A DNA stretch of 64,000 nucleotides from Clostridia bacterium (GTDB taxonomy: Bacteria; Bacillota; Clostridia; UBA1212). Positions 31,257-41,231 of the stretch are shown piece after piece. Every line of letters starts with the position of its first letter. The first letter of the stretch is position 1. The stretch is taken from positions 32,469 through 96,468 of the forward strand of contig JAGAKK010000026.1 of the NCBI GenBank assembly GCA_017625675.1, given 5' to 3'. The position numbers were made by a program, and so were the translations under genes. Below the pieces are notes generated by a model. That model saw only the letters and a list, made by a program, of their open reading frames with translations. It was not told the origin of the DNA and did not search any database.

Positions 31257-32870
31257 TTATTTCAATATTACACTGGTCTGAGGCCCTACGGTGACTACAG
31301 TGCCCTCAATCTTTGCATTGCCTGCGCCGATATAGTCGCACACCGTTTTAAACGTATTGCCGTCAAGGCCTTTACAATCCCCAAGGTCAAAGGACAGCTC
31401 CTCTGTGGAATTATTGTGGAAAAGACCTATCGTCCCGCCCTCATACTCAATACAAAAACCTCCGAGATTTTTCTCGCCGCAGGAAACCGCATTATAAGTG
31501 CCCCTTGCGATGGCAGGATGCTTATGTCTTATTGAAATCAATTTTTTATAATAATTGTACAGGCTGTTTTCGTCCTTCTCCTGGTCGGAAACAGTGGTCT
31601 GTATCTGTTTGTCCTTGGGATAAGTAGTTCCGGTGGGATCATCCGGAGTGCTTTCGTCGCCCCAGAGCATCGCAAGTCGTCTGTTTGCATCAGTGCTTTC
31701 ACTGCCCCTTGAACCTCTCATACCAAGCTCTTCACCGTAATATATCACCGATGAGCCCGGCGCAAGAAGGTAAAGGTTTGCAGCCATACGCATATAATTC
31801 TCCGTAACAAAGCAGCCTGCAATTCTGTCCATATCGTGATTTGAAAGGAACGGCATCAGCATTCCCTCAGGATTTTTCTCCTCAATCTGCGCCTGAAAAC
31901 TCTCAATATAATTTGTATATTTAGAGATCTGGCCTCCCTTTGCGGCGCTTGCCGCCACGCCCTCTGCCTGTGCCATTGCAAAAGCAAAGCAATTCATTGA
32001 CCCGTAATACGAAAGGATCTCTGAATCTCCCGACCAGCACTCGCCTACGCAATAGATATCCGGAGAAATCTTGCGAAGCTCCTCCATATACCATTCCCAG
32101 AATTCGGCGGATTTAGCAGTGTCTCCGTAATAAATATATTTAACCGCATCAAAACGGAAGCCGTCAACACCAAGCTCAAGGTAATGCTTTGCCACCTCAA
32201 GCATAGCATTCCTTACCTCTTCATTGTCAAAATTAAGCTCAGGCATATTCCCTGAAAAATTGCACTCGTACCAACAGTCCACACCTGCGATCTTCTGGTA
32301 TGAAACGCCGCCTTGCTTGTCAGCCGTTTTCACGCAGGAATAGTAATCATAATACTTGTTCTCCGTATCTCCGTTGATGCGGGCCTCCTTGAACTGCAAA
32401 AACCACTCGTGCTGATTTGACGTGTGATTTATGGCAAGGTCCAGTATTAGCTTTACGTTTCTCTCCTTGCAAAGCTCCGCAAGCTCCTTAAGGTCAGCCT
32501 CCGTGCCGAAGCGCCAGTCAAGAGCATAATAATCCTTTGCATCATACTTGTGATAAGATGGCGACGTAAATATCGGTGAGAGCCAGATTCCCTGCACTCC
32601 AAGGCTTTTGCCGGAGTTTATGTTGCCGTCATTAAGGTAATCAAAACGGTCAATAATTCCCCGCAGGTCTCCCACCCCGTCTCCGTTGGCGTCAGCAAAG
32701 GAGCCTACGAAAATCTGATAAAAGGTCCTGTAATTATCGTTTACCGGATCAACCATAGGAGGAAGCGACTCCTCTTCTTTATTCTTTTTGCAGGATAACG
32801 TTCCTAAAGCCATAACCGCCACCAAACTTAACAAAACTAACACTTTCAACAATTTTATCTTTTTCATCAT
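31257..32870 (-). CDS. alpha-amylase family GH13 lipoprotein
   Basis: About 537 aa with a lipobox (LGTLSCKK). GH13 regions: DGVGDLRGI…LGVQGIWLSPIF, GFRFDAVKYI, ECW, FLSNHD. Confidence 0.8.
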   Translation of the reverse strand: MMKKIKLLKVLVLLSLVAVMALGTLSCKKNKEEESLPPMVDPVNDNYRTFYQIFVGSFADANGDGVGDLRGIIDRFDYLNDGNINSGKSLGVQGIWLSPIFTSPSYHKYDAKDYYALDWRFGTEADLKELAELCKERNVKLILDLAINHTSNQHEWFLQFKEARINGDTENKYYDYYSCVKTADKQGGVSYQKIAGVDCWYECNFSGNMPELNFDNEEVRNAMLEVAKHYLELGVDGFRFDAVKYIYYGDTAKSAEFWEWYMEELRKISPDIYCVGECWSGDSEILSYYGSMNCFAFAMAQAEGVAASAAKGGQISKYTNYIESFQAQIEEKNPEGMLMPFLSNHDMDRIAGCFVTENYMRMAANLYLLAPGSSVIYYGEELGMRGSRGSESTDANRRLAMLWGDESTPDDPTGTTYPKDKQIQTTVSDQEKDENSLYNYYKKLISIRHKHPAIARGTYNAVSCGEKNLGGFCIEYEGGTIGLFHNNSTEELSFDLGDCKGLDGNTFKTVCDYIGAGNAKIEGTVVTVGPQTSVILK

Positions 32871-32879
32871 TTTCACCCT

Positions 32880-34874
32880 TTATTCTTTTACCGAATTCAG
32901 CAACGCATCGTCAATTTTGCCCCAGGCATTAGCGCCCTTGCACTTCACGTAAATTCCCACGGCAACGTCATCGCCCTCGGTATATTCGATATTTTTAATT
33001 TCAGCGGTGTGCCACTCATCGTACACGGTAATAACGGTACTCTCCTTGTATACGATCTCGCCGTTTATCTTAACGTAGGCGTAAATGTCGGTTTCTCCGC
33101 CGTCACCGCCCATTATCGATATTGAGTAATTATATTTTCCGGTCTTCAGGTCTTTTACGTTCTGCTCCAGCGTAAATTCCACCGACTCTGCCGCCGCACC
33201 CCAGAAGTGATAATGCTTCGTGCCGGTCATTGAGTCCGTAACCTTATCCTCTATTCCAAGCTCGTCAAAGGTCCTGACAGCCTTTGCAGTCCAGCCGTCC
33301 GTACCCTCCTCAAAGCTCCAGTTTTTAAGAAAATTATACTCTACCATAGAAATTGTGCAATGCGCCGTCATGCCACCTGCAATTCCCGTAATATTATATT
33401 TTGCCGCGCCGCCCTGCTTCATAGCGTTAACGTCAACGTCCTGCCACTCCACAAAAATCGCTTCCTTTGAGTTATCAAGCAAAACCGCATTGACAAGCTC
33501 CGGAAGAATTATCTCTCCGTTAAGGTCAATGATAAGCTCTGTATCTTCAATGGCATCTGCCTTATTTTCAACGATATTGCCTTCTCGCACAAGGCCGAAA
33601 ACTTTAAGGGACTCAAGCGCCTTGCCCTCTTTATCAAAAAAGGCCTGATTGTCAACGGCGCATCCGCCGTACCATTTTCCCGCATCATCGGGGTCATAGC
33701 TCTTTGAATAAGAACTTGCCCAGCCGGAGCCGTTACTCTCCCAAAGTCCGAGATTTTCCTCATAACTTCCGCCGCCTGCAGAAATCCATGTGCCCTCCCA
33801 ATAGAAAACACCTATGCCGCCGGTGGTCTTATTGGCAACGGTATCTATAACGTCACGCACAAGATTTGCCTGACCCTGCACGGTGAAGGGATAATCCTTA
33901 ACAAAAGTGCCTCCCTCTCCTATAGTATTGCCAAAAAAATCGCTGTCCTCTGCAGTAAAAGCATAAGACGTTTCAGCAACCATTACCTTTTTATTATAGC
34001 CCTCCGCTACGTCTGAAAGCACCTTTGCAAGATTGTCAAGAGTTCCGTGCCAATAGGGATAATAGGACGAGGCAAACACGTCGTAATCAACCTGATAGTA
34101 GTCAAGGTTTTTACTGTAGCTCTCATAGTTTGTGACTTTTTCGGGATTTGCAAAGTGTATCGCAACGAGAGCCTCCGGACACACCTCTCTCACAGCCTTT
34201 GAGCCGGAGGACATAAGCTGAGTGATTTTACTCCAGCCGCCTATCGCAGCGCTTGACTCTCCGCACATTGCGCCGTTGGTTTCATTTCCAATCTGCACCA
34301 TTCCCACGTCAACGCCTGCGTTTACAAGCTTTTCAAGACATTCCTTCGTATATTGGTAAAGAGCCTCAGACTTTTCGTCAATGCTCATACCTCTCCAGGC
34401 TTTCGGAACCATCTGTTTTCCAGGGTCCGCCCAGAAGTCCGAATAGTGAAAATTCACAAGGAGCTTCATTCCGTACTTCGTGGCTCTCTTGCCAATCTCC
34501 ACAGCATTCTCTATATCGCAATTTCCGCCGCCGTAGCCTTTGCCGCTGCTGTCAAAGGGGTCATTCCACACCCTGACACGGATATAGTTGATTCCGTTGT
34601 TTCTGAGTATCTCATAAACGTCCTTCTGCGTGCCGTCATGGTCGTAATACTTTACGCCGCCCTTCTCAATAGCGGGAACGCAGGAAGCATCCATACCCAT
34701 AATAAAATCATCGGGCAGGTTCTCAACCTTTTTAACGAAAAGGCTGTCCGAGCTTACGTCCACAACGTATTTTTCTTTCTGTCCCTCGGTCGCGCCTTTA
34801 TTACAGCCCCAAAGCACGCCAAGAGCGCAAAGGCACAGAAACACTACGCCGACAATACACCTGATTTTTTTCAT
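32880..34874 (-). CDS. secreted GH53 endo-beta-1,4-galactanase lipoprotein with C-terminal accessory (CBM/Ig-like) domains
   Basis: 664 aa with signal+lipobox (VLWGCNKG) and a GH53 core (IRVRVWNDP, LVNFHYSDFWADPGKQMVPKAW, QIGNETNG). About 270 extra C-terminal residues. GGAGA RBS. Confidence 0.85.
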   Translation of the reverse strand: MKKIRCIVGVVFLCLCALGVLWGCNKGATEGQKEKYVVDVSSDSLFVKKVENLPDDFIMGMDASCVPAIEKGGVKYYDHDGTQKDVYEILRNNGINYIRVRVWNDPFDSSGKGYGGGNCDIENAVEIGKRATKYGMKLLVNFHYSDFWADPGKQMVPKAWRGMSIDEKSEALYQYTKECLEKLVNAGVDVGMVQIGNETNGAMCGESSAAIGGWSKITQLMSSGSKAVREVCPEALVAIHFANPEKVTNYESYSKNLDYYQVDYDVFASSYYPYWHGTLDNLAKVLSDVAEGYNKKVMVAETSYAFTAEDSDFFGNTIGEGGTFVKDYPFTVQGQANLVRDVIDTVANKTTGGIGVFYWEGTWISAGGGSYEENLGLWESNGSGWASSYSKSYDPDDAGKWYGGCAVDNQAFFDKEGKALESLKVFGLVREGNIVENKADAIEDTELIIDLNGEIILPELVNAVLLDNSKEAIFVEWQDVDVNAMKQGGAAKYNITGIAGGMTAHCTISMVEYNFLKNWSFEEGTDGWTAKAVRTFDELGIEDKVTDSMTGTKHYHFWGAAAESVEFTLEQNVKDLKTGKYNYSISIMGGDGGETDIYAYVKINGEIVYKESTVITVYDEWHTAEIKNIEYTEGDDVAVGIYVKCKGANAWGKIDDALLNSVKE

Positions 34875-34966
34875 AAAAATCTCCGTTCTGCAATTCTTAA
34901 TTTCTGAATTTCAATAACATTATTGTACCATCAGTTCTCCTAAATGTCAACCCTCCATTTACCACT

Positions 34967-35061
34967 GCACCAGGGGGACAGACAACCGGTGCACTTTTCA
35001 GGCCCAATTTTTTTGCACCGGTTGTCTGTCCCCCTGGTGCTCCCCCTGGTGCATCCCCCCG
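34967..35061. repeat. large perfect palindrome (family 1), copy 1
   Basis: TGCACCAGGGGGACAGACAACCGGTGCA…21-nt loop…GCACCGGTTGTCTGTCCCCCTGGTG, then CTCCCCCTGGTGCATCCCC. A near-identical copy is at 56377-56457. Confidence 0.8.
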
Positions 35062-35062
35062 T

Positions 35063-35091
35063 TGAAAAAAAGAAACGATTGTGGTACAATA
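35063..35091 (+). promoter_or_regulatory. sigma-70-type promoter for the S51 peptidase gene
   Basis: TTGAAA, 17-nt spacer, TGgTACAAT (extended -10), about 20 nt before the RBS/ATG. Confidence 0.5.
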
Positions 35092-35111
35092 CAAAAAAAC
35101 GGCGGTGCGGT

Positions 35112-35774
35112 ATGGTAAACATTCTATTTGATTGCCCTAATATTGATGATTTTTATGAAGAATTAAAAGAATATTTTTCTGAGGACAGCAAGGTTGCCGT
35201 CATTGCATTTTCATACTATGACGACTTCGTCTACGACAATGACAGCTGGAAAAAAGTGTACGGAAAAGGCATCGGCCCTTGCTATTTTGAAACAGTCGAG
35301 CCTTTAGGAAGGTTTGGTGTACCTGAGAAAAATATTGAGTTTATAAATTATTTTGCTGACACAAAAGAGTCTGCCGAGGAAAAAATAAAGAAGGCAAACA
35401 CCCTCTATTTTACAGGCGGTCTTCCTGACAGAATGATGGAACGAATCGAAGCCTTTGGCCTTACCGATATACTAAAAAACTTTGACGGTGTCGTGGTCGG
35501 CTACAGCGCCGGTGCGGTTATCCAGTTAAAAGATTACCACCTGACCCCCGACAACGACTACCCTGAATTTGGCTACTATAAAGGACTTGGCTACCTTGAC
35601 GACCTGTGCATTGAGGTGCACTATGAAAACAAGGACGTTCAGAACGAATCAATCAGGCGAGTTCTGAAAGAGTGCAAAAAACCTCTGTACGTTACCCACA
35701 CAAGGCAAGGCGGCCTCGTTTACGAAAACGGAAAAGTGCGTACCATGGGCAACGTCGACGTATATATGCCCTGA
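35112..35774 (+). CDS. peptidase S51 (PepE/cyanophycinase-like, class I glutamine amidotransferase-like fold)
   Basis: About 220 aa starting MVNILFDCPN. LYFTGGLPDRMMERI…VVVGYSAGAVIQ matches the S51 nucleophile-Ser region. The ORF-track ORF is extended upstream across the palindrome. Confidence 0.6.
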   Translation: MVNILFDCPNIDDFYEELKEYFSEDSKVAVIAFSYYDDFVYDNDSWKKVYGKGIGPCYFETVEPLGRFGVPEKNIEFINYFADTKESAEEKIKKANTLYFTGGLPDRMMERIEAFGLTDILKNFDGVVVGYSAGAVIQLKDYHLTPDNDYPEFGYYKGLGYLDDLCIEVHYENKDVQNESIRRVLKECKKPLYVTHTRQGGLVYENGKVRTMGNVDVYMP

Positions 35775-35829
35775 CAAAATCAAATAATTTCAAGTGATAG
35801 AATGATTATTTAACAGAAAGGAATTTTTT

Positions 35830-37338
35830 ATGAGCGTTTCCCTGAAAAATTTCGGTTTCCGCAGAAAAAGCGGAATATTAATGCCTATAAGTGCTCTGCC
35901 TGATGCTTACGGAATAGGCTCCTTCGGAAAAAGCGCCTACGAATTTGTGGATTTTCTTGCGGAGACTAAAACAAAATGCTGGCAGGTATTACCCCTAAAC
36001 CCTACGTCATACGGAGACAGTCCCTACCAGTCCCCTGCCTCTGTTGCCGGTAACCCCTACTTCATTGACCTTGAAATTCTGAAAGACAAAGGACTTCTCA
36101 CCAAAAGCGACCTTTCAGAGCATAAATACAAAGGAAACAGAGTTGACTACGGCCGGCTTTTCAACACCAGATACGACGTTCTGAAGAAGGCTTGCCGCAA
36201 ATTTTCGGAAAGCGGCGGATACAAAGAAAAATCATATAAAAACTATATCAAAAAAAATTCCGGCTGGCTCCCCGATTACGCACTGTTCATGGCACTCAAA
36301 GAGCATTACGGCTACAAGCCCTGGACAATGTGGGAGGCGCAACACAAGGACGTAAACAAAGCCCGCCTTGCACGCAAGGACTTTGATGAGCAATGCAATT
36401 TCTGGCAATGGGTACAATATGAATTTTATACCCAATGGCAAGCCCTTGTAAAATACGCCCACGAAAAAGGCATAGTAATTATCGGCGATATGCCGATTTA
36501 CGTTGCCCACGACAGCATGGACGTATGGCAGGCACCTGAGCAGTTTCTCCTTGACGAAAATTTCAACCCCACAGTTGTGGCCGGTTGCCCTCCGGACGGC
36601 TTCACCCCTGATGGACAGCTTTGGGGAAATCCTATATATAACTGGAAGAAAATGGAGAGTGACGGTTTTAAGTGGTGGTGCAACAGAGTACGTGAAAGCT
36701 TTAAAATGTACGACATCCTGAGAATTGACCATTTCCGCGGCTTTGCAGGATATTACAACATCCCCTATGGGCATCCCACAGCCAGATACGGAAAATGGAG
36801 TGACGCTCCGGGCATTGCCCTGTTCAGAACCATCAGGAAGAATTTTCCAAAAGCAAAAATCATTGCAGAGGACCTTGGCTTCATTACCGAGGACGTAAGG
36901 GAGCTCTTAGCAGACACCGGCTTTCCCGGCATGAAAATGCTCCAGTTTGCCTTTTTTGACGAGGACAGTGAAAACCTTCCCCGCACCTACGAAACGCCAA
37001 ACTGTGTGGCATACCCCGGTTCCCACGATGCAGACTGCGTAAAAACCTGGTGCAAGAACATCAGCGGCGCTGCGAGGAAGCGTTTTAACCGGGAGTGCCC
37101 CCATAAAAAAGGACAGAGCAGAACCTACGATCTTCTTGAATTTGCCCTGAACAGCTCCGCAAATCTCACCGTAGTTCCCATGCAGGACTACTTAGAGCTC
37201 ACAAACGAAGAGGGCCGGATGAACGTCCCTTCCGTGGCAGAGGGCAATTGGACCTGGCGCCTTAGCCCCCGTTATAAAACAGCCGGACTCATAAACAAAA
37301 TCAAAAATATTACAGAACGCACCAACCGCGCAATGTGA
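35830..37338 (+). CDS. malQ: 4-alpha-glucanotransferase (amylomaltase, GH77)
   Basis: 502 aa. GILMPISALP…GIGSFG, LPLNPTSYGDSPYQS, IGDMPIYVAHDSMDVW are GH77 hallmarks. Confidence 0.9.
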   Translation: MSVSLKNFGFRRKSGILMPISALPDAYGIGSFGKSAYEFVDFLAETKTKCWQVLPLNPTSYGDSPYQSPASVAGNPYFIDLEILKDKGLLTKSDLSEHKYKGNRVDYGRLFNTRYDVLKKACRKFSESGGYKEKSYKNYIKKNSGWLPDYALFMALKEHYGYKPWTMWEAQHKDVNKARLARKDFDEQCNFWQWVQYEFYTQWQALVKYAHEKGIVIIGDMPIYVAHDSMDVWQAPEQFLLDENFNPTVVAGCPPDGFTPDGQLWGNPIYNWKKMESDGFKWWCNRVRESFKMYDILRIDHFRGFAGYYNIPYGHPTARYGKWSDAPGIALFRTIRKNFPKAKIIAEDLGFITEDVRELLADTGFPGMKMLQFAFFDEDSENLPRTYETPNCVAYPGSHDADCVKTWCKNISGAARKRFNRECPHKKGQSRTYDLLEFALNSSANLTVVPMQDYLELTNEEGRMNVPSVAEGNWTWRLSPRYKTAGLINKIKNITERTNRAM

Positions 37339-37364
37339 TAGAAAATAAAATTTGAGGTGATAAT

Positions 37365-40028
37365 ATGAAGAAAGCAACAACACGTATTGTCGCGCTACTT
37401 GTGGCATTGACAATGCTCTCAGGCATTACCGTATCATTTACCGCCTGTAAAAACAACGCAGGAGTAAACAATGGAAACGGCGACACCACCAACGACGCCA
37501 GCGCTCCGCCTGAATCTCATTCTCCCAAGGACGAATACTCCCTTGAAAAAGAAGAAGGCTGCAATCAGTTAACCTTTTACTGGCGACACGACGGCACCTA
37601 CGAAAACTGTGATATCTGGATATGGTACGGCGACAAGGCGGGTCAGGGACACCTCTTCCACGAATGTGATTACGGCGCTAAGGTCGTTGTAAACGTTCCT
37701 GAAGAGATAGAGGAAGTTGGCTTCATTGTCCGCAAGGATTGTTCAGAACCAGGAGGAAGCTCCTGGGGAAGCGCCACGAAAGACTACGAGCAGGACAGGT
37801 TTGCGGTAATGGACGGCGATACAGTTATTTATCTCAAATCCGGTGATGCATCTCAATATTCAAGCAACGATGGAGGAAAAACATTGGAAAACATAAAAAA
37901 ATTCTCATTGGCAGGCATAGTCGATGAACACAGAATTCAATACAAAATCACACCCGGCGCTGTAATTTCATCCCTTAGCGACGTAAAAGTTCTCGAGGGC
38001 GATACAGAGCTTACAGTCAAGGAACTCTCAACCCTTGGCACGAATGCCTCAAGCGGATACATTACCGTTAACGAGACCCTTGACATCTCAAAGAATTACA
38101 GTGTTACCATTAACGGCTACGAGCCCAAGGCAGCAGTCCCCACAAAGATTTTCGACAGCGATTATTTTGCAGAAAATTACCACTACGACGGCAATGACCT
38201 TGGTGCAATAATAGACGGCGAGACCACCACCTTCAAGCTCTGGGCGCCTACCGCCTCAAAAATCGTCCTGAATCTTTTTGAGTCAGGCCACGAAGGAGAT
38301 GCGTACAAGACAGTTGACATGACAAAAGGCGACAAAGGCGTATGGTCTCACACCGAAAATTGCGGTCACGGAACATATTACACGTATACGGTGACAACGT
38401 CCGTAGGCACGCAGGAGGCAGTTGACCCCTACGCAAAAGCGGCAGGCGTTAACGGAAACAGAGGCATGGTAGTTGACCTTTCCCGCACCAATCCCGAAAA
38501 CTGGAAAAAAGAAACCTTTGCAGTAGGCATTGACAGCTACGGAGAGGCAATTATCTGGGAAGTACACGCAAGAGACTTCTCCAACAAGATCGCAGACTCA
38601 AAGTACAAAGGCAAATACCTTGCATTTACGGAGAGAGGTCTTGTGAACGAAAACGGCAAGCCGGTAGGCGTTGACTATCTTGTTGACCTTGGAATTACCC
38701 ACGTGCACCTGCTTCCCGTTTATGACTATGCAACCGTTGACGAGTCAAAGCCTGATTCAGAATTCAACTGGGGATACGACCCGAAGAACTACAACGTGCC
38801 CGAAGGCAGTTACTCCACCGATCCCTTCAACGGCGAAGTCCGCATAAAAGAATACAAGGAAATGGTGGCGGCGCTCCACGAAGCAGGCATTGGCGTCATT
38901 ATGGACGTGGTTTACAATCATACCTACGATGCCAACAGCTCCTTTAACAAAATCGTGCCCTATTACTATTACCGTTACACCGAAACAGGGGCGAACTCCT
39001 CAGCCAGCGGTTGCGGAAACGACACAGCCTCAGAGAGATATATGTACGGAAAATTCATGGTAGACTCGGCGGCATACTGGGTAGAAGAATACGACCTTGA
39101 CGGACTTCGTTTTGACCTGATGGGGCTTCACGACCTTGATACAATGCAGAACGTTGAGTCCGCAGTTCACGCAATAAACCCCGAGGCCATAATATACGGA
39201 GAGGGTTGGATCATGGGCGCCACCATTGACGGAAGTCCTCAGGCAAATCAATCTAACATCAGCGAAATAAAGCCCACCGGCAATGCTATCGGCAGTGTGG
39301 CAGTGTTTAACGACGCTATCAGGGACGGTCTTAAGGGAAGCGTTTTTGAGAAGACCTCACAGGGCTATATCAGCGGCGCACCCAATCTCAACGTAAGAAA
39401 AGTCATTTTCGGCATTAACGGCGGCACAATCGGCGGCCAGGGCTGGAGAGTTGAGGACGCAATGGTAATAAACTATATGAGCGCCCACGACAATAACATC
39501 CTCTGGGACAAACTGGAGCTTTCCAACCCCAAAGACAGCGAAGACGACCGCAACAAGATGAACAACTTAGGTGCAGCCATCGTAATGCTTTCCAAGGGCA
39601 CTCCCTTCTGGCAGGCAGGCGAAGAAATGCTCCGCACCAAGGACGGGGACGAAAACAGCTACAAGTCAAGTGATTCCATAAACAATATCGACTGGTCAGT
39701 TCTCAAAGACGGAAGCAGAGAGTACAGCACAATGCTTTACTACAAGGGCCTTATTGAGATGAGAAAAGCCTTTAACGTCTTCACTGATAACGATACCGTA
39801 ATCACCTGCGAAGAACTGGGCAGCGGCATCTTAAAGGTGGAATTTGACAACGGCAACGGCGGCAAGGCATTGGCGCTTATCAACCCCCACAAAACCGCTC
39901 TCCCCTGCGAAATCGAAGGCGAGTGGAATCTTGTGGCAGACTCTGAAAAAGCAGGCGCTGAGATTCTCGGCACTGAAAGCGGCACCGTTACGGTAGATGC
40001 AATCAGTGTTAAAGTGTACGTTAAGTAA
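37365..40028 (+). CDS. pulA: type I pullulanase (GH13_14) lipoprotein with N-terminal CBM41/CBM48 modules
   Basis: 887 aa with a lipobox (SFTACKNN). YNWGYDPKNYNVPEGSYSTDP pullulanase signature; GH13 regions MDVVYNHT, GLRFDLMG, EGW. Confidence 0.9.
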   Translation: MKKATTRIVALLVALTMLSGITVSFTACKNNAGVNNGNGDTTNDASAPPESHSPKDEYSLEKEEGCNQLTFYWRHDGTYENCDIWIWYGDKAGQGHLFHECDYGAKVVVNVPEEIEEVGFIVRKDCSEPGGSSWGSATKDYEQDRFAVMDGDTVIYLKSGDASQYSSNDGGKTLENIKKFSLAGIVDEHRIQYKITPGAVISSLSDVKVLEGDTELTVKELSTLGTNASSGYITVNETLDISKNYSVTINGYEPKAAVPTKIFDSDYFAENYHYDGNDLGAIIDGETTTFKLWAPTASKIVLNLFESGHEGDAYKTVDMTKGDKGVWSHTENCGHGTYYTYTVTTSVGTQEAVDPYAKAAGVNGNRGMVVDLSRTNPENWKKETFAVGIDSYGEAIIWEVHARDFSNKIADSKYKGKYLAFTERGLVNENGKPVGVDYLVDLGITHVHLLPVYDYATVDESKPDSEFNWGYDPKNYNVPEGSYSTDPFNGEVRIKEYKEMVAALHEAGIGVIMDVVYNHTYDANSSFNKIVPYYYYRYTETGANSSASGCGNDTASERYMYGKFMVDSAAYWVEEYDLDGLRFDLMGLHDLDTMQNVESAVHAINPEAIIYGEGWIMGATIDGSPQANQSNISEIKPTGNAIGSVAVFNDAIRDGLKGSVFEKTSQGYISGAPNLNVRKVIFGINGGTIGGQGWRVEDAMVINYMSAHDNNILWDKLELSNPKDSEDDRNKMNNLGAAIVMLSKGTPFWQAGEEMLRTKDGDENSYKSSDSINNIDWSVLKDGSREYSTMLYYKGLIEMRKAFNVFTDNDTVITCEELGSGILKVEFDNGNGGKALALINPHKTALPCEIEGEWNLVADSEKAGAEILGTESGTVTVDAISVKVYVK

Positions 40029-40054
40029 TTGATGAAAACTTAATAAAACAATCA

Positions 40055-40089
40055 CAGCCCGATGCGGTATCGACCACCGCATCGGGCTG
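40055..40089. terminator. bidirectional intrinsic terminator between pulA and the HipA-like gene
   Basis: CAGCCCGATGCGGT-atcgacc-ACCGCATCGGGCTG, a perfect 14-bp stem. Weak U-tracts on both sides. Confidence 0.65.
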
Positions 40090-40097
40090 TTACATTA

Positions 40098-41231
40098 TCA
40101 CTCCATATTTATTTCTTTAAGCAAAGCAAGCCTTTTAAAAAACATTTCTTCAACCTTTTTGTCTTTAAACCAGGCCCGGTCAACCTCCCTCAGCTGATTA
40201 AGTCCTGCTTTTTTCACAGCATCTATAGCAGCGTCCTTCTGAGATATTCTACTCTCCGTAGTCTGACAAACGGCGCCCTCTATATTTTCGTAGGCCATAA
40301 ATGATTTATTGAAATCCATCAAAGGATATAATTTCTCCGGTTTATTATTTTTATTATTAACAATAAAACCCCAGTTACCCCAATGTCTGTCTACGTTTCC
40401 TATGAGGTAGTCAATCACGTTCATCATATAGTAGGAGTATTTGTCTTTTTGTAAAATAAAATCTATTTTATCCTTGTTGTGATTAAGGCAATAAATTTCT
40501 ATAAATTCACTTGCCACGATGCTTTTTTCCTCGTTGGTAATAATTTCACACTTTGAAACACGAGTACCGTCGAATTCGGATTCTTCATACACAACGTGAT
40601 CTATATTGAAGCAATCTATAATTTTCGACGCAAGTATTTCAGCATCAACGTCACGTTCTTCCCCATCTTTCAAAAGATAAAACTTTCCATTTTCACGAAT
40701 CCACGCTTTCGGAGCAACACCCGGAGTTCCAATATCGCCGGCCTGATCCTGTGTGGTAACTAACTCATTATTTTCAACTGTCAGACCCCTGCCCCTCAGA
40801 CTTACATCTACAAAAGCATTGGAAAGAGAGTGATTGTACAAACTGACTTCTTTAAAAGTTTTTTTATCATTTTTTGCCTTCACCCAGTATACGTCCATCA
40901 GACTCACAGCACGGTAAGAAAGCGCTATATCAGCACGGTCTCTGTCTGTATATGCCTGAATTGCACCTATACTATTAAGGATCTCTTTTGCATATTTTCT
41001 GTCCAGCGTCAATATCCTTGATGCACACCAATAATAAAAGTTGTTCAGATTATTCACGCAAGTATCAAAATCATCGTCCTTTTCCAGATAAAGATTATAC
41101 GGCAAAAAGGATGAAAAGTTAATCGTGCATCTACCGCTCTCGTAAATTCTCGCAACACGGCGGTCTTTGTGCATTATGTCAAAATGCCCCCAACCTTTAG
41201 ACAATATTTTACGATTTCTCTTTGTATTCAT
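40098..41231 (-). CDS. HipA-like Ser/Thr kinase domain protein (solo, no HipB partner seen)
   Basis: About 377 aa from an ATG with a GGAGGTG RBS. YLIGNVDRHWGNWGF aligns with the HipA catalytic loop (LIGATDGHAKNFS). GVAPKAWI matches the HipA G.Q.K nucleotide-binding motif. Confidence 0.5.
   Translation of the reverse strand: MNTKRNRKILSKGWGHFDIMHKDRRVARIYESGRCTINFSSFLPYNLYLEKDDDFDTCVNNLNNFYYWCASRILTLDRKYAKEILNSIGAIQAYTDRDRADIALSYRAVSLMDVYWVKAKNDKKTFKEVSLYNHSLSNAFVDVSLRGRGLTVENNELVTTQDQAGDIGTPGVAPKAWIRENGKFYLLKDGEERDVDAEILASKIIDCFNIDHVVYEESEFDGTRVSKCEIITNEEKSIVASEFIEIYCLNHNKDKIDFILQKDKYSYYMMNVIDYLIGNVDRHWGNWGFIVNNKNNKPEKLYPLMDFNKSFMAYENIEGAVCQTTESRISQKDAAIDAVKKAGLNQLREVDRAWFKDKKVEEMFFKRLALLKEINME

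Noticed and set aside
34944-35111. ORF-track ORFs 34944.. (+), 34897..35094 (-), 56363..56617 (+), 56346..56567 (-) encoding …HQGDRQPV…
   Set aside because: These are translations of the family-1 palindrome. The same peptide appears on both strands at both loci. The real downstream genes start at ATGs with RBS at 35112 and 56547.
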